DNA of 64,000 nucleotides from Podarcis melisellensis (lineage: Eukaryota): the NCBI GenBank assembly GCA_964234715.1, contig OZ174281.1; one strand, given 5' to 3'. The notes under the pieces were generated by a model. That model saw only the letters and a program-made list of their open reading frames with translations. It made no database searches and had not been told where the DNA came from. Position numbers and translations under genes: made by a program. Positions 63,704-64,000 of this stretch are shown here, in pieces (position 1 is the first letter of the stretch; each line of letters starts with the position of its first letter).

Positions 63704-64000
63704 TGCAATTAAAAGTTGCAACTAAATCTATCAGCTTACAAGAAAGAGTGATTTGTAAAGGCCTTTTTTCATGAGTTCAGGTAAATATGTGTTGACGGTG
63801 GTGTAATTTTCATGCATTAGAAGGTTTTCCGATCTTTTACTAATAGTACATAAATATTCTCTCAAAAAAACTCTAATGATTTATTCCCATCTGGTTCAAA
63901 TGTGACAAATAACCAGGCTTCCATTCTTAAACATCTATTCTTCAGTTTAATGTATCACAAGTGGTGTTGGGGAGATGTCGCATTCAACAAGAACAGAATT

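Overview
Eukaryotic (vertebrate) genomic DNA from a squamate, most likely a lacertid lizard, judged from Sauria SINEs and a POM/Squam2-type SINE. It carries the GFOD1-TBC1D7-PHACTR1 block in the same order and relative orientation as human 6p23-24. From left to right: part of the large GFOD1 intron, the GFOD1 terminal coding exon (+, 20812-21731) with a probable long 3'UTR, a CpG-island promoter, and the complete 7-coding-exon TBC1D7 gene (+, 34342-44476, 293 aa, all introns GT-AG and phase-consistent). The last three coding exons of PHACTR1 follow on the - strand (56963-52953). The rest is intronic or intergenic and rich in transposable elements: SINEs, L1/L2/CR1 3' fragments, and Tc1/mariner-pogo and hAT MITEs, several nested. 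I found no new protein-coding system, CRISPR array or RNA gene. The most unusual signals are (1) two MITE families whose ~1 kb copies carry CpG-rich cores of nested near-perfect hairpins, (2) MITE subfamilies in which a repeated subterminal motif has changed at every position together, (3) an L1-in-SINE composite about 100 bp upstream of the GFOD1 splice acceptor, and (4) a possible fossil hAT transposase in a PHACTR1 intron. Gene and repeat family assignments come from recalled sequences and structural hallmarks, not from database searches.
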